64,000 nucleotides of DNA, from the NCBI GenBank assembly GCA_945865325.1, contig CAMBFA010000004.1, positions 114-64,113 of the forward strand, given 5' to 3'. Both the position numbers and the translations under genes were made by a program. This document shows, in pieces, positions 29,674-38,802 of this stretch. Under the pieces are notes generated by a model. The model ran no database searches. It saw only the letters and a program-made list of their open reading frames with translations, and was not told where the DNA came from. Source of the DNA: Candidatus Kuenenia stuttgartensis. Its GTDB lineage: Bacteria > Planctomycetota > Planctomycetia > Pirellulales > UBA1268. Every line of letters begins with the position of its first letter. Position 1 is the stretch's first letter.

Positions 29674-31061
29674 ATGAGCCCTCCGCATTGCCCTCCACCG
29701 CGGCCGAGGAGGTGCTCCGACGCTGGATCGGCCTTGATCCCCACAGCATCGGGGAGGCAGCCATCCGCCGTGCCGTCCGCCTGCGGATGCTCTCCCTGGG
29801 GATCGGCGACGTCCAGACGTTCGTCCGCCTCGTGGAGACCGACAGAACGCAACGCGATCGGCTCGTCGAGGAGGTCGTCGTCGCGGAGAGCTGGTTCTTC
29901 CGCGACCATCAGGTCTACGACCATCTCCGCCGATTCGTGGCCGCGAGGATCACGGCCCGTCCCAGCGACCCGGTGAGGATTCTGAGTGCCCCCTGTGCGG
30001 CGGGGGAAGAGCCGTATTCGATCGCCATGTCACTCCTCGATTCCGGACTGCAGCCGGAGCAGTTCCGCATCGATGCCATCGACATCAGTCGCGTCGCGCT
30101 CTCCAAGGCGCAGACTGCCCGCTACTCCACCAACGCGTTCCGGAATGCCGACAGCGGTTTCCGCGATCGCTGGTTCCGCATGGATGGCGGGAGTGCCGTC
30201 CTTGACGAGTCGGTCTCCCGCTGCATCAGCTTCGCCTGGGCCAACATCCTCGAAGAATCGTTTGTGACCGGAGCGATCGACTCCGGAAGAGCCCCCTACG
30301 ATGTCGTCTTCTGTAGGAACCTGCTCATCTACCTCACCACGGATGCACGCTCGGCGGTGGAGCGGTCGATCGACCGGTTGCTCAAGGACGATGGCATCGT
30401 CGTTCTCGGGGCCGCTGAACCGGCGATCCTCCAAGGGAACTGGGTCGCGGATTCCGCCGGATCGACCTTCACGCTCCGGCGGGGAGTCTCCGGGGAAAGC
30501 GCCCGCTGGCCCTCCCTCGCCGGTCGATCTGCCCTCGCCGCCCCGCGACGCCCCACACCAACCTTGACGCCACCGAACCCCGCGCCGGCATATCCTGCCC
30601 CAGCGCCCCCGCCGCCGCAGGCCAGTCCGAGTCGACTTCCCCCGCCGGTCGATCCCCCCGCTCCCGTTGCCCTTCCCCCCACCTCCACGACGTCCACTGA
30701 TCTCCGCTGCGACGATTCCGGCGGCGGGTCGGCCACACAGAGCGTTCCCCTGATCCTGGCGAATGTGAACGCTTTGGCGAATGCCCGGAGATTCTCCGAG
30801 GCGATCGCCCTGTGCGAATCGGCGCAAAGGGACATCGGCCCCTCGGCGGATCTGTATTTCATTGCCGGGATCATGCACCAGACGTCCGGCAGTCTGGCGA
30901 TCGCCGAGGATTGCTTCCACAAAACCCTGTACCTCGACGCCAGCCACGACGAGGCCCTCCTCGCCCTCTCCCTCCTCGCCGAGCAGCGCGGTGACTCAGG
31001 CCAGGCGTCCCAGTACCGACGCTCGGCGCTGCGCGTCGTCGAACGGAAGGGGGACCGATGA
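29670..31061 (+). CDS. cheR: CheR-type MCP methyltransferase with C-terminal TPR domain (WspC-like)
   Basis: ATG at 29670 overlaps the cheW stop (ATGA). Contains ESWFFRDHQVYDHL, the SAM-binding ILSAPCAAGEEPYSIAM, and DVVFCRNLLIYL. A Pro-rich linker leads to TPR helices (FIAGIMHQTSGSLAIAEDCFHKTLYLDASHDEALLALSLL). Confidence 0.9.
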   Translation: MNEPSALPSTAAEEVLRRWIGLDPHSIGEAAIRRAVRLRMLSLGIGDVQTFVRLVETDRTQRDRLVEEVVVAESWFFRDHQVYDHLRRFVAARITARPSDPVRILSAPCAAGEEPYSIAMSLLDSGLQPEQFRIDAIDISRVALSKAQTARYSTNAFRNADSGFRDRWFRMDGGSAVLDESVSRCISFAWANILEESFVTGAIDSGRAPYDVVFCRNLLIYLTTDARSAVERSIDRLLKDDGIVVLGAAEPAILQGNWVADSAGSTFTLRRGVSGESARWPSLAGRSALAAPRRPTPTLTPPNPAPAYPAPAPPPPQASPSRLPPPVDPPAPVALPPTSTTSTDLRCDDSGGGSATQSVPLILANVNALANARRFSEAIALCESAQRDIGPSADLYFIAGIMHQTSGSLAIAEDCFHKTLYLDASHDEALLALSLLAEQRGDSGQASQYRRSALRVVERKGDR

Positions 31062-31846
31062 ACGACGATGCCTCCGCACGTCTGCCAGATAACCTGCCGC
31101 CCACCATTCGTGCGGGGGCGGCACCGCAGCCTTCGATGCCGGGGCAAGAGCACCGGGAGGAGTGCTGGCGGCACATCGGCGTCACCGGAGACCGGAGCTG
31201 CAAGGAATTGCAGACCTACATCCACTGCCGGAACTGCCCGGTCATGGCCGAGGCGGCCAGGGCATTCTTCGATCGCTCGGCGCCGATCGGCTATCTCGAG
31301 TCCTGGTCGGGGATTCTCGAGGAAAGGGGCTCCCGGCCAGATCCCGAAGTGGTCAGCGTCCTCGTCTTCCGGCTCGCCGACGAATGGCTCGCCCTTCCGA
31401 CCGCCGTCCTGGTCGAGGTCACCAAGGACCGCCGGTGCCATCGCGTGCCGCACCGGACCAGCGGTGTGCTCGAAGGCCTCGTCAACATCCGTGGGCAGTT
31501 GCAATTGTGCGTCTCCGCGTGGCGATTGCTCGGGATCGAAGAGAGGGTACCGGGCCACGCCCCGCCCGCGACCGAACCGCTCCGCACCGCCGATCCGGAG
31601 CTCCGCCGCCTGCTCGTCGTCGAGCGTCAGGGGCGCCACGGCCAGGACCGCTGGGTGTTTCCGGTCGATGAGGTGGCCGGCGTCGTGCGCGTCGGGCAAG
31701 CCACACTCCGCGCGGTTCCGGCCACCGTCAGTCAGTCGGGGGCCCGCTACTGCCAGGCCCTGTTCGATTGGCAGGAGGTGATCGTGGGAATCCTCGACGA
31801 GACCCGATTCCTCGACGCCCTCCTCGATCACGTCCGGACCAACTGA
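31058..31846 (+). CDS. CheW-like protein with N-terminal C-x11-C-x8-C-x2-C motif (WspD-position)
   Basis: ATG at 31058 overlaps the cheR stop (ATGA). N-terminal ECWRHIGVTGDRSCKELQTYIHCRNCPV. Then a CheW domain (VLVFRLADEWLALPTAVLVEV...LEGLVNIRGQLQLCVS). Confidence 0.85.
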   Translation: MNDDASARLPDNLPPTIRAGAAPQPSMPGQEHREECWRHIGVTGDRSCKELQTYIHCRNCPVMAEAARAFFDRSAPIGYLESWSGILEERGSRPDPEVVSVLVFRLADEWLALPTAVLVEVTKDRRCHRVPHRTSGVLEGLVNIRGQLQLCVSAWRLLGIEERVPGHAPPATEPLRTADPELRRLLVVERQGRHGQDRWVFPVDEVAGVVRVGQATLRAVPATVSQSGARYCQALFDWQEVIVGILDETRFLDALLDHVRTN

Positions 31847-31868
31847 CGATGTCACGATCCCTCATTCA

Positions 31869-34262
31869 ATGGGCCGGAACGGAAAGGAGCATGCTGTGGC
31901 GGAGGATCTGAGCGGCTTCTCCATGCTCGAGCTGTTCCGGCTCGAGGCCGACACCCAGACGGCCCTGTTGTCGACCGGGATCCTGGCCATCGAACGCCTC
32001 GAGTTGTCCCCCCTGACGATCGAAGCGATGATGCGCGCCGCCCACTCACTCAAGGGTGCCGCCCGTATTGTCGGCGTCGAACCAGCCGTCGAGGTTGCCC
32101 ACGCACTCGAGGACTGCTTCGTTGCCGCCGGCCGCGGCGAGATCCACGTCCGACCGGAGCATGCCGATCTGCTCCTCTCATGCGTCGATTTCCTCGCTTC
32201 GGTCGGCCATGCCGACGACGCGCTCCAGCCCGACGGCCCTTGGACGGCGAAGGCGATGGCACTGGTGGCCGAACTCGGACGGATGCATTCATTCACCGAC
32301 GATTTTGCCGTCGACGCCGGGGCGCCGACCGTTCTGGCACCGCCATCGGCCCACGCTCCGCCGAATTCCACCTCCCTGCCGCCGGCTCACGAGGAGTCGC
32401 CCTCCGGACCGGAAACGGCTCTCCCCCCTGCGACAACACCGCTCCCCGCGGAAGAAACACCACGCATCGGCGACGACCCGACTGCCACCGAGCCGGCCCT
32501 GGAGTCGAGCGACCGGGTCGTGCGGGTTTCAGCGGACAGCCTGACGAGACTCGTAGGCCTCGCCGGCGAGGCCCTCGTCGAAACCCGGCAACTACACCCT
32601 TTCGTCGATGGACTCCTCGGGCTGCGGGCCTCCCAGATCGAACTCTGCGACGCTCTGGCAGCCCTCGAGGATCGGACTTCCGCCGACGGCATCGCCCTGC
32701 CAGCGTCGGTCTCGATGGCGGTTGAACGGGCGCGGCAGCGGGCCGACGCCATGCTGTCGACCCTCATGAAACACGTCGATGATTTCGAGAGCTTCGCCCG
32801 CCGCAACGAGGATCTCTCCGGCAGGCTCCACCACGAGGTGATCGTCAGCCGGATGCGTCCGCTTGCCGACGGGATCCGGGCCTTTCCACGTCTCGTCCGT
32901 GATCTCGCCCGATCGCTCGACCGACAGGTCCGATTCCAGGTCCGTGGGGAACAGACCGGCGTCGACCGCGACATCCTCGACAAACTCGAAGCCCCTCTCT
33001 CGCACCTCATCCGCAATGCCATCGACCACGGCATCGAGTCCCCCGGGGAGCGGATCGCCGACGGAAAGGCCCCTTCCGGTTCGATCGTCCTCGAGGCCCG
33101 CCACCGCGCCGGGATGCTCCAGATCCTGATCACCGATGACGGTCGGGGGATCGATGTCGAGCGGCTCCGCGCCCGTGCCGTGGAACGCGACCTCGTCCCA
33201 CGGCACGTGGCCGAACGACTGACCGAGTCGGAGGTGCTGGAGTTCATCTTCCTGCCAGGATTCTCCACCCGGGAACAGGTCACCGAGATCTCCGGGCGTG
33301 GGGTTGGCCTCGATGTCGTCCAGAGCATGGTGAAGGCCGTCGGCGGGACCGTGCGCGTCTCCAGCCAACCGGGACGACACACCGTCTTCACGCTCCAACT
33401 GCCGATCACGATGTCGGTCGTCCGCGCGCTCCTGGTTGAGGTGGCCGGTGAACCGTATGCGTTCCCGCTGACGCGGATCGACCACATCCAATTCGTGGAG
33501 CAGGCCGACATCCGCACCGTCGAGGGCCGGCAGTTCTTCCGCCGCGACGAGGAATCGATCGGGCTGGTGATGGCCGAACAGATCCTCGGCACCGGAACTG
33601 GCAGCAGCCCGCGCGCCCCGATGCCGGTCGTCGTCATCAGTGACCGCGGCCAGCAGTTCGGCCTGATCGTCGACGCCTTCCTCGGCGAACGGGATCTCGA
33701 GGTCCGCCCCCTCGATCGACGGCTCGGAAAGATCGCCGACATCAACAGCGCTTCGCTTCTGGAGAATGGCGATCCGGTGCTCATCGTCGATGTCGAGGAC
33801 CTCGTCCTGTCGATCGACAACATGCTGATGGGGCGGCGGTTGTCCCGGGTGGACTTCGAGCATCTCGTGCGCCGAGCGCGGAGAACGAAACGGGTCCTCG
33901 TTGTTGACGACTCTATCACCGTCCGGGAACTCGAGCGCCAACTGCTCCATTCGCGGGGGTTCGACGTCGACGTTGCCGTGGATGGCATGGATGGCTGGAA
34001 TGCGATCCGTGGTGGCGACTACGATCTGGTGGTGAGTGATGTCGACATGCCCCGGCTCGACGGGATCGGATTGGTATCCCTCATCAAAGGGGACCCGCTC
34101 CGCAAGGACCTTCCCGTGGTGATCGTTTCCTACAAGGACCGCGAGAGCGACCGGATCCGCGGACTCGACGCCGGAGCGAATCGCTACCTGACCAAGACCA
34201 GTTTTCATGACCAGACTTTCATATCCACGATCATCGACCTGATCGGCGAGCCGAACGCGTGA
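31869..34262 (+). CDS. cheA: hybrid CheA histidine kinase with C-terminal receiver (Hpt-HATPase-CheW-REC; WspE-like)
   Basis: 797 aa. Hpt site MRAAHSLKGAARIVG. HATPase N/G boxes (LSHLIRNAIDHGIE, DDGRGID, GRGVGLDVV). CheW-like domain. REC domain (RVLVVDDSITVRE...DLVVSDVDMPRLDG...VSYK). Confidence 0.92.
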   Translation: MGRNGKEHAVAEDLSGFSMLELFRLEADTQTALLSTGILAIERLELSPLTIEAMMRAAHSLKGAARIVGVEPAVEVAHALEDCFVAAGRGEIHVRPEHADLLLSCVDFLASVGHADDALQPDGPWTAKAMALVAELGRMHSFTDDFAVDAGAPTVLAPPSAHAPPNSTSLPPAHEESPSGPETALPPATTPLPAEETPRIGDDPTATEPALESSDRVVRVSADSLTRLVGLAGEALVETRQLHPFVDGLLGLRASQIELCDALAALEDRTSADGIALPASVSMAVERARQRADAMLSTLMKHVDDFESFARRNEDLSGRLHHEVIVSRMRPLADGIRAFPRLVRDLARSLDRQVRFQVRGEQTGVDRDILDKLEAPLSHLIRNAIDHGIESPGERIADGKAPSGSIVLEARHRAGMLQILITDDGRGIDVERLRARAVERDLVPRHVAERLTESEVLEFIFLPGFSTREQVTEISGRGVGLDVVQSMVKAVGGTVRVSSQPGRHTVFTLQLPITMSVVRALLVEVAGEPYAFPLTRIDHIQFVEQADIRTVEGRQFFRRDEESIGLVMAEQILGTGTGSSPRAPMPVVVISDRGQQFGLIVDAFLGERDLEVRPLDRRLGKIADINSASLLENGDPVLIVDVEDLVLSIDNMLMGRRLSRVDFEHLVRRARRTKRVLVVDDSITVRELERQLLHSRGFDVDVAVDGMDGWNAIRGGDYDLVVSDVDMPRLDGIGLVSLIKGDPLRKDLPVVIVSYKDRESDRIRGLDAGANRYLTKTSFHDQTFISTIIDLIGEPNA

Positions 34263-35299
34263 CCGTGGTCGGCAGCCGTGGTGGGGGGGGCAGAGTGCGA
34301 ATCGGAATCGTCAACGATGTGCGGGCCGCGAGCGAGGCCCTGCGCCGGATTGTCACCGGTCTGACGGATCATGAGATCGCCTGGACGGCCAGCGATGGCG
34401 TCGAGGCGGTGGCGGCTGCGAAACGTGACCGCCCCGACCTGATTCTCATGGACCTGCTCATGCCGCACATGGACGGCGTGCAGGCCACCCGGCAGATCAT
34501 GCTCTCGGCCCCGTGCGCGATCCTCGTCGTCACGGCGACCGTGAGCGGCAACATCTCGCTCGTCTACGAGGCGATGGGGCATGGCGCGCTTGACGCCGTC
34601 GACACGCCGGTCCTCGGACCGGCGGGGGAGGTTCAGGGTGCGCAGGCGCTGGTCGACAAGATCGCCATGATCGGGAAACTCGTCGGCACTTCCCCCGATA
34701 CCCGGCGCTCGAGCCGCGTGACTCCCGCTTCCGGCCCGCCGAAGCTGCTCGTCATCGGGGCCTCCACCGGGGGGCCGAAGGCGATCTCCGAAATCCTCCA
34801 ACCGTTGCCGGTCGACTGGAACGTCGCCGTCGTGGTGGTGCAGCACGTCGACATGGCCTTCGCCCCGGGGTTGGCAAAATGGCTTGGCGACCGGACCGGA
34901 AGGCCCGTGCGGGTGGCCGAGGAGGGCCAGCAACCGCTCGCTGGCGACGTCCTCGTTGCCGGCACCAATGACCATCTCGTGTTCACCAAGGATCGCACGC
35001 TGGCCTACCGTGAGGAACCGAAACACCTCTTTTTCAGGCCGAGCGTCGATGTCTTCTTCTGGAGCGTCGCCGAGTACTGGCCCCAGGCGGGCACGGCCAT
35101 CCTGCTGACGGGGATGGGAACTGACGGCGCTAAGGGCCTGCTCGCCCTCCGGGCCCGTGGCTGGCACACGATCGCCCAGGATCAGACCAGCAGCGTCGTG
35201 TGGAGCATGCCCAAGGCGGCCATCGAACTCAACGCCGCCTGCGAGGTGCTCCCGATCGGCAAAATGTCCGAGGCGATCAGCCAACACCTGGCGAAGTGA
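34259..35299 (+). CDS. cheB: CheB-type protein-glutamate methylesterase with N-terminal receiver (WspF-like)
   Basis: GTG at 34259 overlaps the cheA stop (GTGA); a slightly later start at VRIGIVND is possible. REC domain (DLILMDLLMPHMDG). Esterase (LLVIGASTGGPKAI, VVVQHVDMAFAPGLAKWL, GMGTDGAKG). Confidence 0.9.
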   Translation: MTVVGSRGGGGRVRIGIVNDVRAASEALRRIVTGLTDHEIAWTASDGVEAVAAAKRDRPDLILMDLLMPHMDGVQATRQIMLSAPCAILVVTATVSGNISLVYEAMGHGALDAVDTPVLGPAGEVQGAQALVDKIAMIGKLVGTSPDTRRSSRVTPASGPPKLLVIGASTGGPKAISEILQPLPVDWNVAVVVVQHVDMAFAPGLAKWLGDRTGRPVRVAEEGQQPLAGDVLVAGTNDHLVFTKDRTLAYREEPKHLFFRPSVDVFFWSVAEYWPQAGTAILLTGMGTDGAKGLLALRARGWHTIAQDQTSSVVWSMPKAAIELNAACEVLPIGKMSEAISQHLAK

Positions 35300-36779
35300 G
35301 GCTGCCGCGGCCCTCTATGGCGATCACCCGCATCGCCGTGAGCACGGTAGCTTCGGCCGTTCCCGGCCGCCGGTCGAGGGCTATGACCTGAACGGCGACG
35401 GGCAAGCCGGCACTCCCCCGGTCGGTCTCGATCGCCGCGATCTCCACCGGGTCGTAAGAGCGGGGGCGGCCAGATTCCTCGTCGGCCCGGACCGTCGTTA
35501 CCGGTACCGCCCCAGCGGCGAGATCGAGGAGGTTCGCCAGCAGACAGGGCGCTGCCGCCAGCAGCAGACGCGAGGCCGTGCCGTGGCGGAGGGCGGGGAG
35601 CGCGGAGACCGGACAGACGATGCAGTCATGGGCCGCAGCCCACCGCGACACGATCCGATCAATGGCCCCGCGATCGGAGAGGAGTGAGTCGCGTGCCGCG
35701 CCGCCCCGGGGTCCGGTTCGACGCAGCGCTTTGGCCTCCACGCCCCGCCCCCCCCAGACACAGGCTGCGGCGACCAGCCCCCTTGCCCACCCCGGGATGC
35801 GCGCCAGGGCGAGGAGCCGACGCACCTGATCGATCGGCCTTTCTCCGGCGAACAGGCGGCGGATGTCGGCCCCTCCGTCGGCCGAGAGAATGCCGAGATG
35901 CAACCAAGCGGCTTCCGCGGCGATGTCGGCATCGAGTCGCGTCACGGTGGCACCGGCGGCCGCAAGCCGCTCCACCGCCATGGCGACGGCCCGGCGCACG
36001 GCCGGCGATGGGGCCAGCGGACCGGCGTCGTCCCACCACGCCACTCGCAGGCCCTCGGCCTGGGGGGCAGGATCCGCCGGCGCACCACACAGCCCCCGCA
36101 ACCCCGCGGCGACATCGTCGACCGTCCGCGCGAGCAACCCTGCGCGTGAACGCTGCCCCGCGAGCCCCGGCATGGTCTCGAAAGCCCCCCCGCCCCCGAG
36201 CGTCGCTGAGCGTGGCAGCAGCCCGACGATCCCGCAGGCGTGCGCTGGCTGTCGGATGCTTCCGGCGAGATCGTTTCCGATCGCCAGTGGGACACACCCG
36301 GCTGCGACCAGCGCGGCATCCCCCCCGCTGCTCCCCCCCGGGCCCCGATCGGTATGCGTGGGATGGAGCGTTCGCCCCCACACCGGGTTGTCGGTCTCGT
36401 GGAGATAGAGCGCCTGGGGCACGTTCCCCTTGCCGATGACGATCGCCCCGGCGGCCCGCAATCGCGTCACGATCTCGGCATCGCCGTCGTCGAGCGCCGC
36501 CCGCCGGCTGCGGAGGCCGAGCGAGGTGACCATTCCCCGGACGGGAAAACACTCTTTGATACTCACCGGCACGCCCGCAAGCGGGCCGGTGGGAAGATCC
36601 GCGAGCCGGGAGGCTTCTTCGAGGGCCGCGGCACCGCGGGGCTGCACGAGGGCGTTGAGGCCGGCATGGGCGCTGCGGCATCGTTCGACCGCGTCGGTCA
36701 CGACGTCCAGCGGATCGATCGCCCCGGCCGTGACGGCGGCGACGATTCCCACGACTCCGTCCGGGGGCCGTTGGTCCAT
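35277..36779 (-). CDS. amidase-signature family amidase
   Basis: Start MDQRPPDGVVGIVAAVTAGAIDPLDV at 36779 inside ORF 35277..36881. Contains GVPVSIKE, IVIGKGNVPQ and the AS motif GGSSGGDAALVAAGCVPLAIGNDLAGSIRQPA. Its 3' end overlaps the cheB 3' end by 23 nt (35277-35299), convergently. Confidence 0.88.
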   Translation of the reverse strand: MDQRPPDGVVGIVAAVTAGAIDPLDVVTDAVERCRSAHAGLNALVQPRGAAALEEASRLADLPTGPLAGVPVSIKECFPVRGMVTSLGLRSRRAALDDGDAEIVTRLRAAGAIVIGKGNVPQALYLHETDNPVWGRTLHPTHTDRGPGGSSGGDAALVAAGCVPLAIGNDLAGSIRQPAHACGIVGLLPRSATLGGGGAFETMPGLAGQRSRAGLLARTVDDVAAGLRGLCGAPADPAPQAEGLRVAWWDDAGPLAPSPAVRRAVAMAVERLAAAGATVTRLDADIAAEAAWLHLGILSADGGADIRRLFAGERPIDQVRRLLALARIPGWARGLVAAACVWGGRGVEAKALRRTGPRGGAARDSLLSDRGAIDRIVSRWAAAHDCIVCPVSALPALRHGTASRLLLAAAPCLLANLLDLAAGAVPVTTVRADEESGRPRSYDPVEIAAIETDRGSAGLPVAVQVIALDRRPGTAEATVLTAMRVIAIEGRGSLTSPGVG

Positions 36780-36816
36780 CCGATCAAAACTCCGCAGGCA
36801 AAGGAAGCGGTGCCGA

Positions 36817-38613
36817 TCAGAACGAACGGGGCTTGGCGGTATCGTCCGGCGGATTTCCCGGCACCGACAGGGGGCCGACATCGACGGCCCAGATCGTGCC
36901 CGGATCTCCGAGGACGCCGACCACCATCACCCGCTCCCCCGGCTCCGCCCGGGGAGCCGTTTGGGCCAGGAACGACAACACGCCGGGCGTCTCGCCGCCA
37001 ACGGAGAGTCGCCCTCCCCACCAGGGCCCGACAGGGCGCACCGCCTCGAGCGTGGCGATCAGAATCGCCCCTTCAGAGGGTCGCTTCCCGCTGGCCAGCC
37101 ACATGCTGCCGAGGAGCTCCAAATCATCACGCCGTTCGACGGCCAACCTCCTGCCCAGATCGGCGAACCGGTCGACGACGTCAGACGAACGCCGGCCCGA
37201 CTCAATCGCCGCCCGCTCCATCCTGGCCAGTTCGAGGGCGACGAGGCTCATACTTCGATACCATCCCACCTGGGCCTGCTCGAGGTCGGCAGGATCCCCG
37301 CCAACAGCGCCCGCGGCGAGGTTGTCGGTTGCCGCCGCTGCCGCAGCGATCGCGCCGTCGACTGCGGAGAAGTCGATCACCGTTCCCCTGACGTCAGGCC
37401 CGACGTTCCGTTCCGCTGCCCCGACTCGAAGCGGATCGACGACGATCTCGACCTCATCAATCGGGTCGGCCGGCGACTGGGCGGGAAGACCGGCATCCGG
37501 CGCCACGACCGTCTCACCAGCCGGCTGATCTCCAGCCAGCGACAAGCCCGCGTCGATGGCGGGCGCCACGGGGTACGCCACCGGTTGCGACGCGCCATCG
37601 GAGAGAGCATCGCCCGAGGACGGACTTGCGGCAATCTGGTCGAGGGTCAAGCGGCCAGGCCCATCGGTGTCATTCTCGGCCCGCCGCTCCCCCACCGCCG
37701 GGCGGAATCGGGCCGGCAGGAACGATCGCACCACGGCGGGGAGATGCGGGGTGATTCGGAGGGGATCACGCTGAAACCCGAACAACAGGATCGCGAGGGT
37801 CACGGGGATTGCCAGCACCCCTCCGAGCACGACACCGACAGCCTGCCCCATCCCCCCGCGGGCCGCCGACGGACGCGGGCCGGACGTCACGAACGGGCCG
37901 GCAGGGACCGCCGCCGGTTGGGGCACTCCGAAGGCACCGATATCAATCGACTCGCCGGGGGATTCGCCGATCCCCTGCGAGTCGCCTTGGAAGGAATCGC
38001 CGATAGCCGGATCGACCGCTTCGGCCGCACCGACGAAGGCACCGAATCCGATCGACTCCGAGGGCACGTCATCCCGCCCCGTCGCGACGATGTCACGCCA
38101 CTCGTCGGCGGGCTTGCCGTCATCCTCGCCCGGATCCTCACCCCCCTTTTCAGTCAGGTCGATCCCCTTGAAAAAGTGATCCTCACGGTCCACCGCGCTG
38201 ATCGAGCGATCCTGCGGTGGGGTGGCCACCGGCACGACGTCGCTCGGCGACGTGATGCCAGACTGGCCGGTGCCGATCTGGACCTGCGACGAGTGGGAGA
38301 CCCCGGAGGCCTCGGGATCATCATGGAGGTTCGTCGCCGCCAGCACATCAGGCCCCTCGGCCGCATCGCCAGCGCCCGGATCATCGAGCCAGCCATCGGG
38401 CAGTCCGTCGACGCGCGAGCGCTCAGTGTCGCCGGAGACCCCTCCGGCCCAGAGAGCCTCTTCCAAGCCGGGGTCGAACCGATCCGCCGCCGCGGGTTCG
38501 TTTCCCCCGGGAGCATCCTCCGGAGACAGCTCGGGCGGGGATGCTACCCCCTCATCCAAACCAGGCGCCGGGTCATGCCCACCGAGACCCTGCTGCTGCG
38601 TGTCGTCCGCCAT
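36817..38613 (-). CDS. hypothetical membrane protein (acidic Pro/Asp/Gly-rich N-terminal half, one TM helix, structured C-terminal domain)
   Basis: Start MADDTQQQGLGGHDP at 38613. TM helix MGQAVGVVLGGVLAIPVTLAILLFGF around mid-protein. C-terminal ~250 aa are non-repetitive (WYRSMSLVALELARMERAAIESG...). I recognise no family. Confidence 0.55.
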   Translation of the reverse strand: MADDTQQQGLGGHDPAPGLDEGVASPPELSPEDAPGGNEPAAADRFDPGLEEALWAGGVSGDTERSRVDGLPDGWLDDPGAGDAAEGPDVLAATNLHDDPEASGVSHSSQVQIGTGQSGITSPSDVVPVATPPQDRSISAVDREDHFFKGIDLTEKGGEDPGEDDGKPADEWRDIVATGRDDVPSESIGFGAFVGAAEAVDPAIGDSFQGDSQGIGESPGESIDIGAFGVPQPAAVPAGPFVTSGPRPSAARGGMGQAVGVVLGGVLAIPVTLAILLFGFQRDPLRITPHLPAVVRSFLPARFRPAVGERRAENDTDGPGRLTLDQIAASPSSGDALSDGASQPVAYPVAPAIDAGLSLAGDQPAGETVVAPDAGLPAQSPADPIDEVEIVVDPLRVGAAERNVGPDVRGTVIDFSAVDGAIAAAAAATDNLAAGAVGGDPADLEQAQVGWYRSMSLVALELARMERAAIESGRRSSDVVDRFADLGRRLAVERRDDLELLGSMWLASGKRPSEGAILIATLEAVRPVGPWWGGRLSVGGETPGVLSFLAQTAPRAEPGERVMVVGVLGDPGTIWAVDVGPLSVPGNPPDDTAKPRSF

Positions 38614-38802
38614 CGCCCCTCCCCCCCGTTGGTGATTGGTGTCCCGCACTCAAACCCCGCCTTCCGGACAGGCTACCCCCCGCCGACGGACCTCGATTGG
38701 GCAGGCTGATCGCTCCCCGAAAGAGCGAGTGTAACACCGCTTGAGCGCTGCAAACCTGCCGGCGGAAAGGCCGTTACCACGACCAACACGACCGGAGAAT
38801 GA

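Noticed and set aside
30329-34208. Long minus-strand ORFs (30329..31855, 32387..33988, 32592..34208) across the chemosensory operon
   Set aside because: All are antisense to cheR, cheW and cheA, which have textbook motifs. The antisense translations are Arg/Ser/Pro or Asp/Gly/Val-rich junk.
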